A stretch of DNA of 64,000 nt from Candidatus Marinacidobacterium sp. (GCA_965204755.1 OZ242011.1:3008001-3072000), one strand, 5' to 3'; shown: positions 1 to 10,948, counted from the stretch's first letter. The notes: generated from the sequence alone by a model not told the origin. Program-made: numbers and translations.

Positions 1-1
1 C

Positions 2-2095
2 GAGATCGGCGATCTCTATGAAGTCGAAGCGACGGGAACCGAAGCCGTTCGCCGTTGGCTGCACAAGACGCGCGTCCTGAAGAGGGTCGGCGCCCGGATC
101 ATCGTCTTTCTGGATCAGATCGAGTCGTTCCAGAAGATGCTGTGGGAAAAGCGGAAGTTCGTCACGGCGACGCACTACTGCATCGCGGTAGGCCAAGTCG
201 GAACCGAGTTCCTTCCGGCGCTCGCCGCGAACGAAGCCCAGTGGACCGAATGGCGGAACCTGGTCCAGCCCGAGTCGGAGGACGACCGGGCGCTCATGTC
301 CGCCTCCGGCCCGGAGGATCGGCGGATCCGGTTCCTGGAGCGGAATCCGTCCCTGTTGCTGGACACGAGCCACTTCGATCCCGAGTTCACCGAACGACTG
401 CTGGCGTCCTTCGACGATCTCGACGGGCTCACCGACGGTCTTCTCGTCCACGGCGACAACTTCCACGCGTTGACGCTGCTCGCCGCGCGGTATCGGGGCG
501 CGGCGCGGTGCGCCTACATCGATCCGCCGTACAACACCGGCGAATCGGAGATCCTCTACAAGAACGGCTACCTCCATTCATCGTGGTTGACCCTGATCGA
601 GAATCGGGTTACCGCGGCGATGCCCTTGATGGCGGACCCGTTCACGCTGTTCGTGGCCATAGACGACTTCGAGATGTCCGGCCTCTCTGCCTTGCTCGAC
701 GGCATGGGCCGGATCCACCGGGAGATGATCGTCGTGAACCATCATCCCCAAGGCGGGAAGTCGCGGCTGATGGCGACGACGCACGAGTACATGCTGGCGT
801 GCTTCGGCGGCAGGACGCCGATGCCGCTCAAGGCGAGGACGGGCGACGGGGAAGTCGAACTTCGGCCCTTCAAGCGGGCCGGCACGGCGGAGAGCAACTT
901 TCGACGGTGGCGGCCGAACAGTTTCTACGCGATCGTGGTGGATCCGAGCACCAACGAGGTCGTAGGCCTGGAGTCTCCCCCGTCCGGAGGCCCGGGTTCG
1001 TACGACCGGGAGAAAACGCCGGAGGGGTATTCCCGAATCTACCCGATCGGCGCCGGCGGTGAGGAACGAGTGTGGAGGCGGAGTTACGAGTCGTGTCTCA
1101 AGTTGGTCGAGTCCGGAGCGCTTCGGTGCAGCGGGAGGGGAACGATCTACCAGAGCATCGCCGCCGAGGACAAGACTTCGGCCGTGTTCAGCAACTGGAC
1201 CGGGCCCAGGTACAACGCGGGCACTTTCGGAGCGAATCTTCTCGGGGGGATCCTCGGCGCCAGAAACGCTTTTCCGTATCCCAAGTCGATCCACACGGTG
1301 GAGGACGCGATCGTTGCGGGGCGGGTGGGCGCGGAGGACACCTGCCTCGACTACTTCGCCGGCTCCGGCACTACCGGGCACGCCGTGATCAACCTGAATC
1401 GGGAGGACGGCGGTCGGCGCCGGTTCGTTCTCGTTGAAGTCGGGGACTACTTCGATCGGGTGATCCTGCCCAGGATCAAGAGGGTCGCCTTCACTCCCGA
1501 GTGGAAGGATGGCCGGCCGAAGCGGAGCGCGACGAAGGAGGAGGCCGCGCGCGGTCCCCGGATCGTGAAGTACGTGCGACTCGAGAGTTATGACGACGCC
1601 CTGGACAACATCGCGTTCGACCGGGACGCCGCTCGCGCCGGGCTCGGGTTCGAGGACTACCGGCTGCAATACATGCTGAAGTGGGAGACGAAGCGTTGCG
1701 AGACCATGCTGAACGCGGACGCGCTCTCGTCTCCGTTCGGCTACCGGCTGCGCAGTTTCGGCAACGGGGACGAGATGGTCAAGACGGCGGATGCGCCCGA
1801 GACCTTCAACTACCTGATCGGCCTCAGAGTGCGGACGCGTCGGGTGTTTCGGGATGACGACCGTCGGTACTTGGTCTATGCCGGAGAGGCGAAGCGCCGC
1901 CGTACCGTGGTCATCTGGCGGGACACGCGCGGCTGGGGCGAGAAGGAGTTGGCTCGGGACCACCGCTTCGTCGAAGAGAAGGAGATGACGAAGGGCGCCG
2001 AGGAGGTGTTCATCAACAGCCCGAAACTCGTTCGTGACGCGAAGGAACTCGAGCCGGAGTTCAAACGCCTGATGTTCGCGACGATCGGGAACTGA
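2..2095 (+). CDS. mod: Type III restriction-modification DNA methyltransferase (Mod), 5'-partial
   Basis: Frame is open from position 2. IDPPY motif IV precedes DYFAGSGTT motif I (beta-class amino-MTase). Directly upstream of a Res-like helicase. Confidence 0.9.
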   Translation, partial: EIGDLYEVEATGTEAVRRWLHKTRVLKRVGARIIVFLDQIESFQKMLWEKRKFVTATHYCIAVGQVGTEFLPALAANEAQWTEWRNLVQPESEDDRALMSASGPEDRRIRFLERNPSLLLDTSHFDPEFTERLLASFDDLDGLTDGLLVHGDNFHALTLLAARYRGAARCAYIDPPYNTGESEILYKNGYLHSSWLTLIENRVTAAMPLMADPFTLFVAIDDFEMSGLSALLDGMGRIHREMIVVNHHPQGGKSRLMATTHEYMLACFGGRTPMPLKARTGDGEVELRPFKRAGTAESNFRRWRPNSFYAIVVDPSTNEVVGLESPPSGGPGSYDREKTPEGYSRIYPIGAGGEERVWRRSYESCLKLVESGALRCSGRGTIYQSIAAEDKTSAVFSNWTGPRYNAGTFGANLLGGILGARNAFPYPKSIHTVEDAIVAGRVGAEDTCLDYFAGSGTTGHAVINLNREDGGRRRFVLVEVGDYFDRVILPRIKRVAFTPEWKDGRPKRSATKEEAARGPRIVKYVRLESYDDALDNIAFDRDAARAGLGFEDYRLQYMLKWETKRCETMLNADALSSPFGYRLRSFGNGDEMVKTADAPETFNYLIGLRVRTRRVFRDDDRRYLVYAGEAKRRRTVVIWRDTRGWGEKELARDHRFVEEKEMTKGAEEVFINSPKLVRDAKELEPEFKRLMFATIGN

Positions 2096-2115
2096 CCGGA
2101 GGGACCGACGCCCCG

Positions 2116-5100
2116 ATGCCCGGAAGGAGGCGCGCCGGCCGGGCGCGGAGGAAGCCCGGAGCGGCCGGGAAGCCGGGCGCGCCGTTCGAGAGGCGACTGA
2201 GCCTCCTCGGTTGGTTGAACGAACAACTCGGTTTCGAGGACAACCGCGAACTCCTGGGGGACCTGAAACACGCGGACGAGGGTTTCGACTCCGGCGCCGG
2301 TCGCAGTCATGTCCTTTCTCGGTTGCGCTCCCGCGCCGTCCGGCCCCGGGTCGCCCTCGCGGACCTCGACCGCTACGACGGGAACATCCGCCGGCGCCTG
2401 GACTCGATCAACCGGGGGCGGAGGCCGCCGGTCCGGTTGCGCTACTTCCAGCATCTGGCGGCGCTCCACACGGAGATCGTCCTCGACCGACAGGCCCGGG
2501 GGCCGGTAGAGTTGTTGCGATCGCTCAACGACTTCGTCCGGCGGAGAAACGCCAAGCGGGTTCCCGGGGAGGCCGCGCTGCCCGACTTCGACCGGGCGGA
2601 CCTGGCGAAACTGGCGTTCTGGATGGCCACGGGCAGCGGCAAGACGCTGATCTTCCACCTGAACTACCTCCAGTATCTCCACTACGCTCGGCGGCCGCCG
2701 GACAACATCGTGCTGATCACTCCGAACGAGGGACTGAGCGAGCAGCATCTTCTCGAACTGGCGGCTTCGGGCATTTCCGCCCGACGCTTCGACGAGGCAG
2801 GCGGATTGTTTCGATCCGGGGCGGACGCCATCCGGGTCATCGAGGTCACGAAACTGGTGGAGGAAAAGCGTGGGGGCGGGGCGAGCGTCCCGGTGGATTA
2901 CTTCGAGGGGGAGAACCTGATCTTCGTGGACGAAGCGCACAAGGGGTCGGGAGGCGAGAAGTGGCGGACGGTGCGGGACCGGCTCGGGGAGACCGGTTTC
3001 ACCTTCGAATACAGCGCGACCTTCGGGCAGGCTCTCGGCGCGGCGCGCAACGAGGCGCTCACCGATGAGTACGGGAAAGCGATCGCCTTCGATTACTCGT
3101 ACCGCTACTTCCACGGTGACGGTTTCGGCAAGGATTTCGGCATCCTGAATCTCAAGGAGTGGGCGGCCGACGAGACTACGGATCTGTTGTTGTTCGGCAA
3201 TCTCCTGTCCTTCTACCAACAGCAGCGCGTCTTCGCCGAGCGCCGCGAGGAAGTCCGGCCCTACGGCATCGACAAACCGCTGTGGGTCTTCGTCGGCGGC
3301 CGCGTGAACGCGGTGTACAGCCGGGACGGGATTCGGCGGAGTGATGTGCTCACGGTGGTCCGCTTCCTCCAGCGCTTCGCTTCGGATCGCCGGTGGGCCG
3401 AGCGCCGACTCGCGCGGCTCCTGGATGGGCGTTCCGGGCTGGTGACGGAGGCGAAGAACGACCTGTTCCACGGCCGCTACGAACACCTTCGCGGTCTTTC
3501 ACTTTCGCCGGAGGAGTTGCGGAGAGACATTCTGAGCCGACTCTTTCATGCGGAAGCCGATGGGAGTCTCCACCTCGCTTCGCTCGGCAACAGCCCCGGA
3601 GAGATCGGGCTGCGTCTCGGTACTTCGGAGAAGTACTTCGGCTTGATCTACATCGGCGATGTCTCGAAGTTCCGGAAACTCGTGGAGGATGACGGGAGTG
3701 GAGTGCGCTGGGAGACCGAGGCCATCGTGGACTCGCTGTTCTCGAACATCGGGGAGGCGGATACGAACATCGAAATTCTCATCGGGGCCAAGAAGTTCAT
3801 GGAGGGTTGGAACAGTTGGCGCGTCTCGAACATGGGACTGCTCAATGTCGGGCGCGGGGAAGGCGCCCAGATCGTTCAACTGTTCGGCAGGGGGGTCCGG
3901 CTGCGAGGCCTGCGGGCCGGGATGAAGCGGAGCAGCGCGGTCACGGGAACGCATCCCCCGGACCTCGGCCTGCTGGAGACCCTGAACATCTTCTCGGTCC
4001 GAGCCGATTACATGGCGCGGTTCCGCGAGTATTTGGAACTGGAGGGAATTCCGGCCGCGGATCCCGTGGTCCTGCCCTTGCCCGTTCGCCGGAACACCGA
4101 GTTCCTGAGGCGCGGTCTTCTCGTGCCGAAGCCGCCGGAGGAGCGGCGTTTCGAACGGGAGAGCGACCTCGTCTTCACGGTGGACACTTCCATTCAGGCA
4201 TGGGTGGACCGATCCCCGCAACTGCAGTGGCTGTCGAGCGGTGACTCGGGAATGAGCGCGGAAGACATCGACACCGAGACGGACATCGAGATACCCGAGG
4301 CGAGTCTGGACATCCTCGACTGGGAGGAGATCTGGCTGAAACTCATCGACTACCGCGAGGAGAGAGGGTGGAGGAACTTGGCGATACCGCCGGAGGTCCC
4401 GCGCCGGATACTCTCCGTCCGCGAGCCTCACCGCCTCTATCGACTCGGCGCGGAGCGTTCCGTCGTGGAACCGCCGTCGTTTGCGGATCGGGAGCGCCTC
4501 CAGGACCTGGTGTTGGACATTCTCCGGAACTACGCCGACCGGTTCTACCGCGCCCACAGCGAGAGTTGGGACACGGGGAATCTCGAACTCGAAGCGCTCA
4601 CCGAGAAGGACGCCAACTTCCGCGACTACACGGTGCGGGTGGAGCGCGAGGAAGTGAAGTTGGCGCGGGACATCGAGGAGTTGATTCGGGAGACGGACGC
4701 GCTATACGAGAGCGCGCGCGGCCGTCTGCCGCGGATCTACTTCGACCGGCACTTGTACCAGCCCCTTCTCCTCGGACAGGCGGAGGGCATTCGGAGCGAT
4801 CCTCCGGGGCTCAACGAGAGCGAGGAGCGGTTCGTGCGCGACTTGCGGCAGTTCTGGACGGACCGGCGCGACGAACTCCCGGAGGAGACCGAGTTGTTCC
4901 TGCTCCGCAATCTCGAGCGCGGTCGCGGGATCGGCTTCTTCGAGGGGCGGGGCTTCTTCCCCGACTTCATCCTCTGGATCGAGAGTCGTTCCGAACAGCG
5001 GATCGTCTTCGTCGAACCTCACGGCATGGTCCACGCAGCGGCTTATGCCAACGACCACAAGGCGCGTCTCTTCCAGGTGCTGGATCGCTTCACCGAGGAG

Positions 5101-5319
5101 CGCCGCCGCCGGCGTCCCCGCCGGAAGAGGGTGACGCTCGACTCGTTCATCGTTTCCAGGACCTCGTACGAGGACATCCGCCCGAGGTACGATGACGGTA
5201 CTTGGACTCGGGAACGTTTCGCCGACGCCCATATCCTGTTTTTCGACCGGGACCGGGAATACCTGCGCCGGATCCTGCTCCGCGAGGGTTCCCGGACATC
5301 CGATACCACCGGGCGCTGA
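2116..5319 (+). CDS. res: Type III restriction endonuclease Res subunit (SF2 helicase plus C-terminal PD-(D/E)XK-like nuclease)
   Basis: MATGSGKT Walker A, DEAH, SAT motif III, QLFGRGVR motif VI, C-terminal FFPDFILW...FVEPHG. Confidence 0.88.
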   Translation: MPGRRRAGRARRKPGAAGKPGAPFERRLSLLGWLNEQLGFEDNRELLGDLKHADEGFDSGAGRSHVLSRLRSRAVRPRVALADLDRYDGNIRRRLDSINRGRRPPVRLRYFQHLAALHTEIVLDRQARGPVELLRSLNDFVRRRNAKRVPGEAALPDFDRADLAKLAFWMATGSGKTLIFHLNYLQYLHYARRPPDNIVLITPNEGLSEQHLLELAASGISARRFDEAGGLFRSGADAIRVIEVTKLVEEKRGGGASVPVDYFEGENLIFVDEAHKGSGGEKWRTVRDRLGETGFTFEYSATFGQALGAARNEALTDEYGKAIAFDYSYRYFHGDGFGKDFGILNLKEWAADETTDLLLFGNLLSFYQQQRVFAERREEVRPYGIDKPLWVFVGGRVNAVYSRDGIRRSDVLTVVRFLQRFASDRRWAERRLARLLDGRSGLVTEAKNDLFHGRYEHLRGLSLSPEELRRDILSRLFHAEADGSLHLASLGNSPGEIGLRLGTSEKYFGLIYIGDVSKFRKLVEDDGSGVRWETEAIVDSLFSNIGEADTNIEILIGAKKFMEGWNSWRVSNMGLLNVGRGEGAQIVQLFGRGVRLRGLRAGMKRSSAVTGTHPPDLGLLETLNIFSVRADYMARFREYLELEGIPAADPVVLPLPVRRNTEFLRRGLLVPKPPEERRFERESDLVFTVDTSIQAWVDRSPQLQWLSSGDSGMSAEDIDTETDIEIPEASLDILDWEEIWLKLIDYREERGWRNLAIPPEVPRRILSVREPHRLYRLGAERSVVEPPSFADRERLQDLVLDILRNYADRFYRAHSESWDTGNLELEALTEKDANFRDYTVRVEREEVKLARDIEELIRETDALYESARGRLPRIYFDRHLYQPLLLGQAEGIRSDPPGLNESEERFVRDLRQFWTDRRDELPEETELFLLRNLERGRGIGFFEGRGFFPDFILWIESRSEQRIVFVEPHGMVHAAAYANDHKARLFQVLDRFTEERRRRRPRRKRVTLDSFIVSRTSYEDIRPRYDDGTWTRERFADAHILFFDRDREYLRRILLREGSRTSDTTGR

Positions 5320-5357
5320 GGGGCCGTCGCCGACCGCGCGGGAGGGCGCGCGGAGGG

Positions 5358-6749
5358 TCAGCCGGTGGACGCTCCGTCCGCCGGGCGGCGGGTGCGGAGG
5401 AAGACGAAGTAGGCGGCGAGGCCGAGGGCGAGGAAGGCGAGGGAGAACCAGGCGCCGCTCGGGGGGCCGGTGAAGAAGAGGGCGATCCAGAGGGCGAGCG
5501 AGAAGAGCGCCGGGATCGGGTAGAGCCACATCCGGAAGGGTTGCGGGATGTCCTTTCGATACCGGGAGAGCAGGAGCACGGCCAGGCACTGCCAGGTGAA
5601 GCGCAGGAGGATCTGCACCTGCATGAGCCAGTTCACCAACTGGCCGAGACTGAAGAAACAGAAGGGCAGGGAAGCGGCGATCAGGCAGACCAGCGAGACA
5701 TGCGGGAAACCGCGTTTCGAGTGGAGGCGGCCGAACACGGAGAAGAACTGGCCGTCGCGGGCGGCGGCGTACGGCATTCGGGAATACCCGAGCGCGAAGG
5801 CGAACACCGAAGCGATGGCGACGAAGAGGATGAGGGCGGTGATGACCGAACCGGCGGTGCGCGCGAGGTTCGGGTCGGTGACGGTCCCGGCGATGAAGGT
5901 GGAGGCGAGGGTGGTGCTTCGGGCGGCTTCCCGCCAGGGAACGGCGCTCAGCATGGCGGTGGTCATGGCGATGTAGATCGCCGCGACCACGCCGATGGAG
6001 AGCAGGATCGAGCGCGGCACCGTCCGCTCCGGCTCCCGGACTTCGCCGGCGATGTTGCAGACCTGGTTGTATCCGCCGAAGGAATACATGGCGATCACCG
6101 AAGCGGCGCCGAGCGCCGGCCAGAACGAGGTGTCCGAAGTCGGCGGAGGGGCGAGCGCCGGCCATTCGAGTCCGTGCAGCACGCCGGCGGCGATCACCCA
6201 ACCCGTCGTGGCGAGCACCAGGGCGAGCATCGCCTTCGACAGGCGCTCCACCGATTCGATGTTTCGATACAGCAGGAACAGCACGAACAGGCAGACGCCG
6301 GTGGCGGCCAGGTCGTGCGCCAGCGCGCCCATCCCGGGCAGGTAGAAGCCGAGGTAGTCGGCGAAGCCGACCGCGCCGCCGGCGAGCGAGAGCGGCGCGA
6401 CCAGGAGGATGTGGAAGAGGAAGAGGAAGGCCAGCGGGCGCCCGAGTCCGAACGGTCGAAACGCCTCGCGGAGGTACAGGTACGGGCCGCCGCTCCCGGG
6501 GAGCGCGGCGCCGAGTTGCGCGTACACCAGGCCGTCGGCCAGCGAGAGCACGGCGCCGACCGCCCAGGCCCAGAGGATGTGCGGGCCGCCCATCGCGGTG
6601 AGCATCAACGGGATCGTGAGGAACGGGCCGATCCCCACCATCCCGATGATGTTGGTCGCGGTGGCGCCGCCGAGGCCCATCCGCCGGGCGAGCGCCGGCG
6701 GAGCGGTTCCTCCCCGGCGGCGGTCCGCCGCCCGGCGGGGCGCGCTCAC
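5358..6749 (-). CDS. APC-family amino acid permease
   Basis: GMVGIGPF TM1, YAQLGAALPGSGGPYLYL, YSFGGYN, SRMPYAAARDG; many hydrophobic helices. Confidence 0.88.
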   Translation of the reverse strand: MSAPRRAADRRRGGTAPPALARRMGLGGATATNIIGMVGIGPFLTIPLMLTAMGGPHILWAWAVGAVLSLADGLVYAQLGAALPGSGGPYLYLREAFRPFGLGRPLAFLFLFHILLVAPLSLAGGAVGFADYLGFYLPGMGALAHDLAATGVCLFVLFLLYRNIESVERLSKAMLALVLATTGWVIAAGVLHGLEWPALAPPPTSDTSFWPALGAASVIAMYSFGGYNQVCNIAGEVREPERTVPRSILLSIGVVAAIYIAMTTAMLSAVPWREAARSTTLASTFIAGTVTDPNLARTAGSVITALILFVAIASVFAFALGYSRMPYAAARDGQFFSVFGRLHSKRGFPHVSLVCLIAASLPFCFFSLGQLVNWLMQVQILLRFTWQCLAVLLLSRYRKDIPQPFRMWLYPIPALFSLALWIALFFTGPPSGAWFSLAFLALGLAAYFVFLRTRRPADGASTG

Positions 6750-8230
6750 TCGATGCGGAGCGGGCGGTCTTCGATGTAACTCGCCCAGGCGAACCAGTAG
6801 GCGATGTGGCCGGGCAGCCGCTCCAACGCAGCGGTCTCCGCGCCGATTTCACCGTCCTCCGGAGCGAGCGCCCCTTCGGTCAGGCGCCAGCGTCCGCCCG
6901 CTTCGTCCACCAGGCGCGCCGGATCGTCCGGGGCCCGGGAGAAACGACGGCCGCCGCTTTCGTAGGCGCGCACCGTCTCCGTTTCGGCGTCGCCGACCAG
7001 CACCAGGTCCAGCCCGTCCACCCGGTCGTGGAGCACGGCGCCGCCCTCGAACAGGGAAAGCGCCCAAGCCATCTGCGTCTTCCCGGCGCGGAGCGCGAAG
7101 ATGCGGTCCTTCGGGGCGAGCCGGCGGTCGCGCACGACGACCGGGAACATCAACTCCGGACTGGCGAAGTACTCGCCGTAGGGCCTGCCCGGCCGGTAGT
7201 CGCGTTCGTACCCGGTGTCCAGCGACAACACCGTGGTGTCCGGGTGGTCGCTCCGCCACGATTCCCAACTCGCGATCACCACCGGAAGGACGCGCAGTTC
7301 GAGGTCCGAACCGGTGAGTTCGCCGACCACCGGCCGGCCGGTGAACTGGTTCCAGAGCGATTCCGTCTGTTCGTCGTACATCAACTTGTTCGACCGGTAG
7401 AGCAAACCCGAAGAGCCGAACACGAAGGGCTCGCGCCGCCCCGGAACGCGCGCGTCGAACAGGATGCCGGAGCCGCAGAGCGTGCAGTAGGCGAGCGACA
7501 CCGGAACGCCGCCGACGACATCGTTGAACATCTCGTGCCAGTCGAGGATGCGCAGCGGATAGGCGCGCGCGTCGCCGCCGACGGCGACGCCGAAGACGAG
7601 TTCGCGGTCGGTCAGGTAGTCCGCCTCCGCCGCCGGAATCCGTTTCGGGTTCGTGAGCGCCGGAATGCCGTCCTTGACCACGCCGCCCCAGACGATCTCT
7701 TCCAGCCGGATCTCGTGTTTCACCCCCCGGTAGAGGAAGTCGCGGAAGTTCGGATCTATCCCGGCCAGCACATCCGCCTTGAAGGCGTCGAATCCGTCGA
7801 AGGGGCGGATCTGCGGACGCTCTTCCTGCCATTCGGTCCAGGCCTTCCAGTCGCGTCCGATGCGGGCGCGGCTGAGGCGCTGGAGCGCGCGCAACAGCCG
7901 GCCGTCCTCGTCCGGGAGGACGCGGAGGACGGCGATGAACGCCGGCACGACATCCTGCCGGTTCCGTTCGATCAGGTGTTGGAGCGCGCGGTTCCGGGAA
8001 ACGCCGCGGCGTCCGAAGAGCGCGGCGCGCACCAGGGATTCGATGTCTTCGTCCGAGCGGAACCGGTCGCCGAACGGGTCCGAGGCGAAGGGGTCGGAAC
8101 CGGGAAGCGCCGGCGGCCCCGGTTGCGCCGCCGCCGCGCCGGGACCGAGGAATCCCGCGGCGAGAGCCGGGAGGAGGAGTCCGGCGGCGAACCGCGCCGC
8201 CGCCCGTCGAATGCGGAGCGTCTTCTTCAT
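6746..8230 (-). CDS. Exported DUF3179-family protein
   Basis: Signal peptide; GGVVKDGIPAL, AYP..IL.WHE..ND, YCTLCGSG, SGLLYRSN..MYD..TESLW.Q, YWFAW. Confidence 0.8.
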   Translation of the reverse strand: MKKTLRIRRAAARFAAGLLLPALAAGFLGPGAAAAQPGPPALPGSDPFASDPFGDRFRSDEDIESLVRAALFGRRGVSRNRALQHLIERNRQDVVPAFIAVLRVLPDEDGRLLRALQRLSRARIGRDWKAWTEWQEERPQIRPFDGFDAFKADVLAGIDPNFRDFLYRGVKHEIRLEEIVWGGVVKDGIPALTNPKRIPAAEADYLTDRELVFGVAVGGDARAYPLRILDWHEMFNDVVGGVPVSLAYCTLCGSGILFDARVPGRREPFVFGSSGLLYRSNKLMYDEQTESLWNQFTGRPVVGELTGSDLELRVLPVVIASWESWRSDHPDTTVLSLDTGYERDYRPGRPYGEYFASPELMFPVVVRDRRLAPKDRIFALRAGKTQMAWALSLFEGGAVLHDRVDGLDLVLVGDAETETVRAYESGGRRFSRAPDDPARLVDEAGGRWRLTEGALAPEDGEIGAETAALERLPGHIAYWFAWASYIEDRPLRIE

Positions 8231-8333
8231 CCGGTCTCGGTCGATCTCGTCTGCGTCATCCCCCGGGGCGCCCCGATCGGCGCGGCGCCGAAGGGTAGCC
8301 GCGAGGCGTCCGCGCCCCGTCCGCGCCCCGTCG

Positions 8334-9800
8334 TCACCGGAGCCTCAGGGAAGAGAAGACCTCCGCCGCCGCCGGGCCGCCCGCCGGGTGTTCCCGGAGC
8401 GCCTCCGCCGCCCGCGCCGCGTCTCCGGCGACCGCCGCCGCCGTGATCTCCCGCTCGCAGGACTTCACCCGCCGCAGCAGGCGTCCGGCCTCGACCGGGA
8501 GGGGCGGCTGCGGGCTGGGAACCGCCCCGTCCGAGCCCACCCGCGCCGGGGCTTCGACGAAGTCCTCCACCGGGAGTTCCGGCACGGCGGGGCTGCCGTC
8601 CGCCGTCCGGTTGCGCGTGTTCAGAACGATCTCGGCGGCGCTGTCCCGGCCGCTGTCCCGGCCGCCGCCCCCGCCGTCGTCCTCGGCGGCGAGCGCCGCC
8701 CGGATCACCGCGAGCCCGATCCGGTCGTATCCCGACGGCGCGAGACCGGCGCCGCCCCCGGGGCCCGGCTTCGCCGCGCCGCCCGCCGTCCCGGCCCCGG
8801 TCGAACCTCCGCCGGCCTCGATTCCGAAGTAGGTGGCCTCCCGTTCCGCGAGGACCTCGCGATAGACCCGCAGCCCGGCTTCCTCGTCCGTCCCGGCGCT
8901 CGCGCCGGCGGGCGCGCGGAGCGCCGCGAACAGCCGGGCCTCCAACTCCAGGACTTGCCGCCCGCGGGTGGTCCCCGCCGCGCGCGCCCGCTCGACCGCC
9001 CGGTCGGGGTGGAGCGCGAAGTACACATACTCGGACGGGACCGCCCCCCGGAATTCCTCCGCCTCGAACAGCCCGGGCGGATGCGCCGACCGGAGCCGCT
9101 CCGGCGCGCCGAAGAGGCCGGCCAACCGGTCCTCCGGCGGGAGAGGCGGGTCGTCGGGGGAAGGCGCGGAGAGATGCGCCGGGCAGCGCGCCGAGCAGTC
9201 CGGGGGCGCGTAGAGCCGGGTCAGCCAGCCCAGGTGGTTCACGCCGGACCAGGAGACGGAATACCGGCCGGGCGCCGCGCCGACCAGCCCGGCCACCCGG
9301 TCGGCGAGCGCCGCCGGGGTGTCGCAGACGCCGACCACCCGCGCGCCGGAATGGTTCGCCAGCGCCTCGGTAACCATCCCGGCCGGGTTCGCGTAGTTCA
9401 CGACCAGGGCGTCGGGCGCTTCGCGCTCGACGGTCCGGGCGAGGTCGAGCGCCGCCGGGAGGTTCCGGAAGGCGAGCGCGGCCCCGGCCGCGCCGACCGT
9501 CTCCTGCCCGACCGCCCCCGCTTCGAGGCAGGCCCGCTCGTCCGCGGCCCGGGCCTCCTGCCCGCCGACCCGGATCGCCAGGACGACGAACCGGCTCCCC
9601 CGCGCCGCTTCCGCCGGGCTGCCCGCCGGTGTCACCGCGAGCCCCGGCGCCGCCGCCCGCAGCACCGGGAGGAGGGCGGCGAGCCGTTCCCCGTCCGGGT
9701 CGTAGAGCGCCGCTTCCCGAAACCCCGGTCCGCTCCGGTCGAGCGCGGACAGGAGCAGCGGGGTCCGCAAACCCCCGCCGCCGAAGACGGCGACCTTCAT
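8334..9800 (-). CDS. Glycoside hydrolase family 4 (6-phospho-beta-glucosidase-like)
   Basis: Start MKVAVFGGGGLRTP (ATG at 9800, overlapping the upstream stop); GQETVGAAG, NYANPAG, VGVCDTP, GVNHLGW. Confidence 0.87.
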   Translation of the reverse strand: MKVAVFGGGGLRTPLLLSALDRSGPGFREAALYDPDGERLAALLPVLRAAAPGLAVTPAGSPAEAARGSRFVVLAIRVGGQEARAADERACLEAGAVGQETVGAAGAALAFRNLPAALDLARTVEREAPDALVVNYANPAGMVTEALANHSGARVVGVCDTPAALADRVAGLVGAAPGRYSVSWSGVNHLGWLTRLYAPPDCSARCPAHLSAPSPDDPPLPPEDRLAGLFGAPERLRSAHPPGLFEAEEFRGAVPSEYVYFALHPDRAVERARAAGTTRGRQVLELEARLFAALRAPAGASAGTDEEAGLRVYREVLAEREATYFGIEAGGGSTGAGTAGGAAKPGPGGGAGLAPSGYDRIGLAVIRAALAAEDDGGGGGRDSGRDSAAEIVLNTRNRTADGSPAVPELPVEDFVEAPARVGSDGAVPSPQPPLPVEAGRLLRRVKSCEREITAAAVAGDAARAAEALREHPAGGPAAAEVFSSLRLR

Positions 9801-10948
9801 CGGTCGTCCTCGGCGCCGTCCTCCGATTCCCTGCTCCCCGCGGCCGCGCCCGCCGCCGGCCCGGTCGCCGCGGGTCTCGGTGCGCGGGGGCCCTCGGACT
9901 TCCCGTCCGGCCCAGATTCCGGCCCAATTTCCGGCGGCGCCCAGGGCTTGGGCGGCAGCCCCCCCAGCCGCTGGACGCAACGCGCGCCGAGGGCGTTTCC
10001 CGCCGCGAGTTGTTCCGCGAGCGAACCGCCGGCCAGCCGCTTCGCCAGGAAGCCGGCGTTGAAGGCGTCCCCGGCGCCGGTGGTGTCGCGGACGCCGCGA
10101 AGCGGGATCGGCGCCGGGACCCGGGTCTCCGAGCGGCCGATCTGCTCGGCGCCCCGCGGCCCCAACTTCTCGATCACCAGCGTTCCGGCCCCGGCGGCGC
10201 GCCGCAGCGCCCCCTTCCGCCCCCCGTAGAGCCCGGCTTCGAGTTCGTTCACGAACACGCCGTCCGCCGTTCGCAGCAGGGCCTCGAACCCCGGCCGACC
10301 GGCGAGGTCCGGGTCGTGGCCGAAGTCCCAGAACAGCGGCGGGACCGGGAGGCCGGCCGCTTCCGCGCGCTCCCGGAACTCCGACCAGTGCTTGGGGCTG
10401 GCCGGGGAGAAGGCGAACAGCACCGCCCCGAACCGCGCGTCGGGGCCGAGCGCCAACTCGGTGGGCAGCACCGAGTAGATCCGCGACTCGACCGGGGCGT
10501 TCGGCGCCGCGTAGGTGACGAAACTCCGGTCGTCGCCGAAGGAGAGGCAGGCGGTGACGGCGTGGGGCGTCCCGGCGCGCCGGAGGTCGCGGTAGCCGAC
10601 GCCTTCGCCCTTCAGGGTGCGCGAGAAGCGCGGCGGAAGCGCCGAGAGGATCCGCACCGAGAGCCCGGCCGCCCGCGCCCACGCCGCCGAGATCACCGCC
10701 CCGCCGCCGACGGTGCGCTCGAACGCCCCGGTGCGCATCTCTTCGCCGGCTCGGGGGAGGCGTCCGAGGTCGGCGAAGACCAGGTCCTCGAACGACTCCC
10801 CGGCGACGAGCAGCCGGTTCCCGTCCTGCGCCTCCTCCCAACTCGGGTCCGGCGAGGCGGCGGCGCCCGGGGGGAACGATCCCTTCGCGCCCGCGGCGCG
10901 GAGGCGGGGCCCCTCGCCGGCGTTCCCGGAGTCCCCGCCGGCGCTCAT
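9797..10948 (-). CDS. PfkB/ribokinase-family carbohydrate kinase (start uncertain)
   Basis: VFVNELEA, KLGPRGA and DTTGAGDAFNAGF PfkB signature. Confidence 0.85.
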   Translation of the reverse strand: MSAGGDSGNAGEGPRLRAAGAKGSFPPGAAASPDPSWEEAQDGNRLLVAGESFEDLVFADLGRLPRAGEEMRTGAFERTVGGGAVISAAWARAAGLSVRILSALPPRFSRTLKGEGVGYRDLRRAGTPHAVTACLSFGDDRSFVTYAAPNAPVESRIYSVLPTELALGPDARFGAVLFAFSPASPKHWSEFRERAEAAGLPVPPLFWDFGHDPDLAGRPGFEALLRTADGVFVNELEAGLYGGRKGALRRAAGAGTLVIEKLGPRGAEQIGRSETRVPAPIPLRGVRDTTGAGDAFNAGFLAKRLAGGSLAEQLAAGNALGARCVQRLGGLPPKPWAPPEIGPESGPDGKSEGPRAPRPAATGPAAGAAAGSRESEDGAEDDR

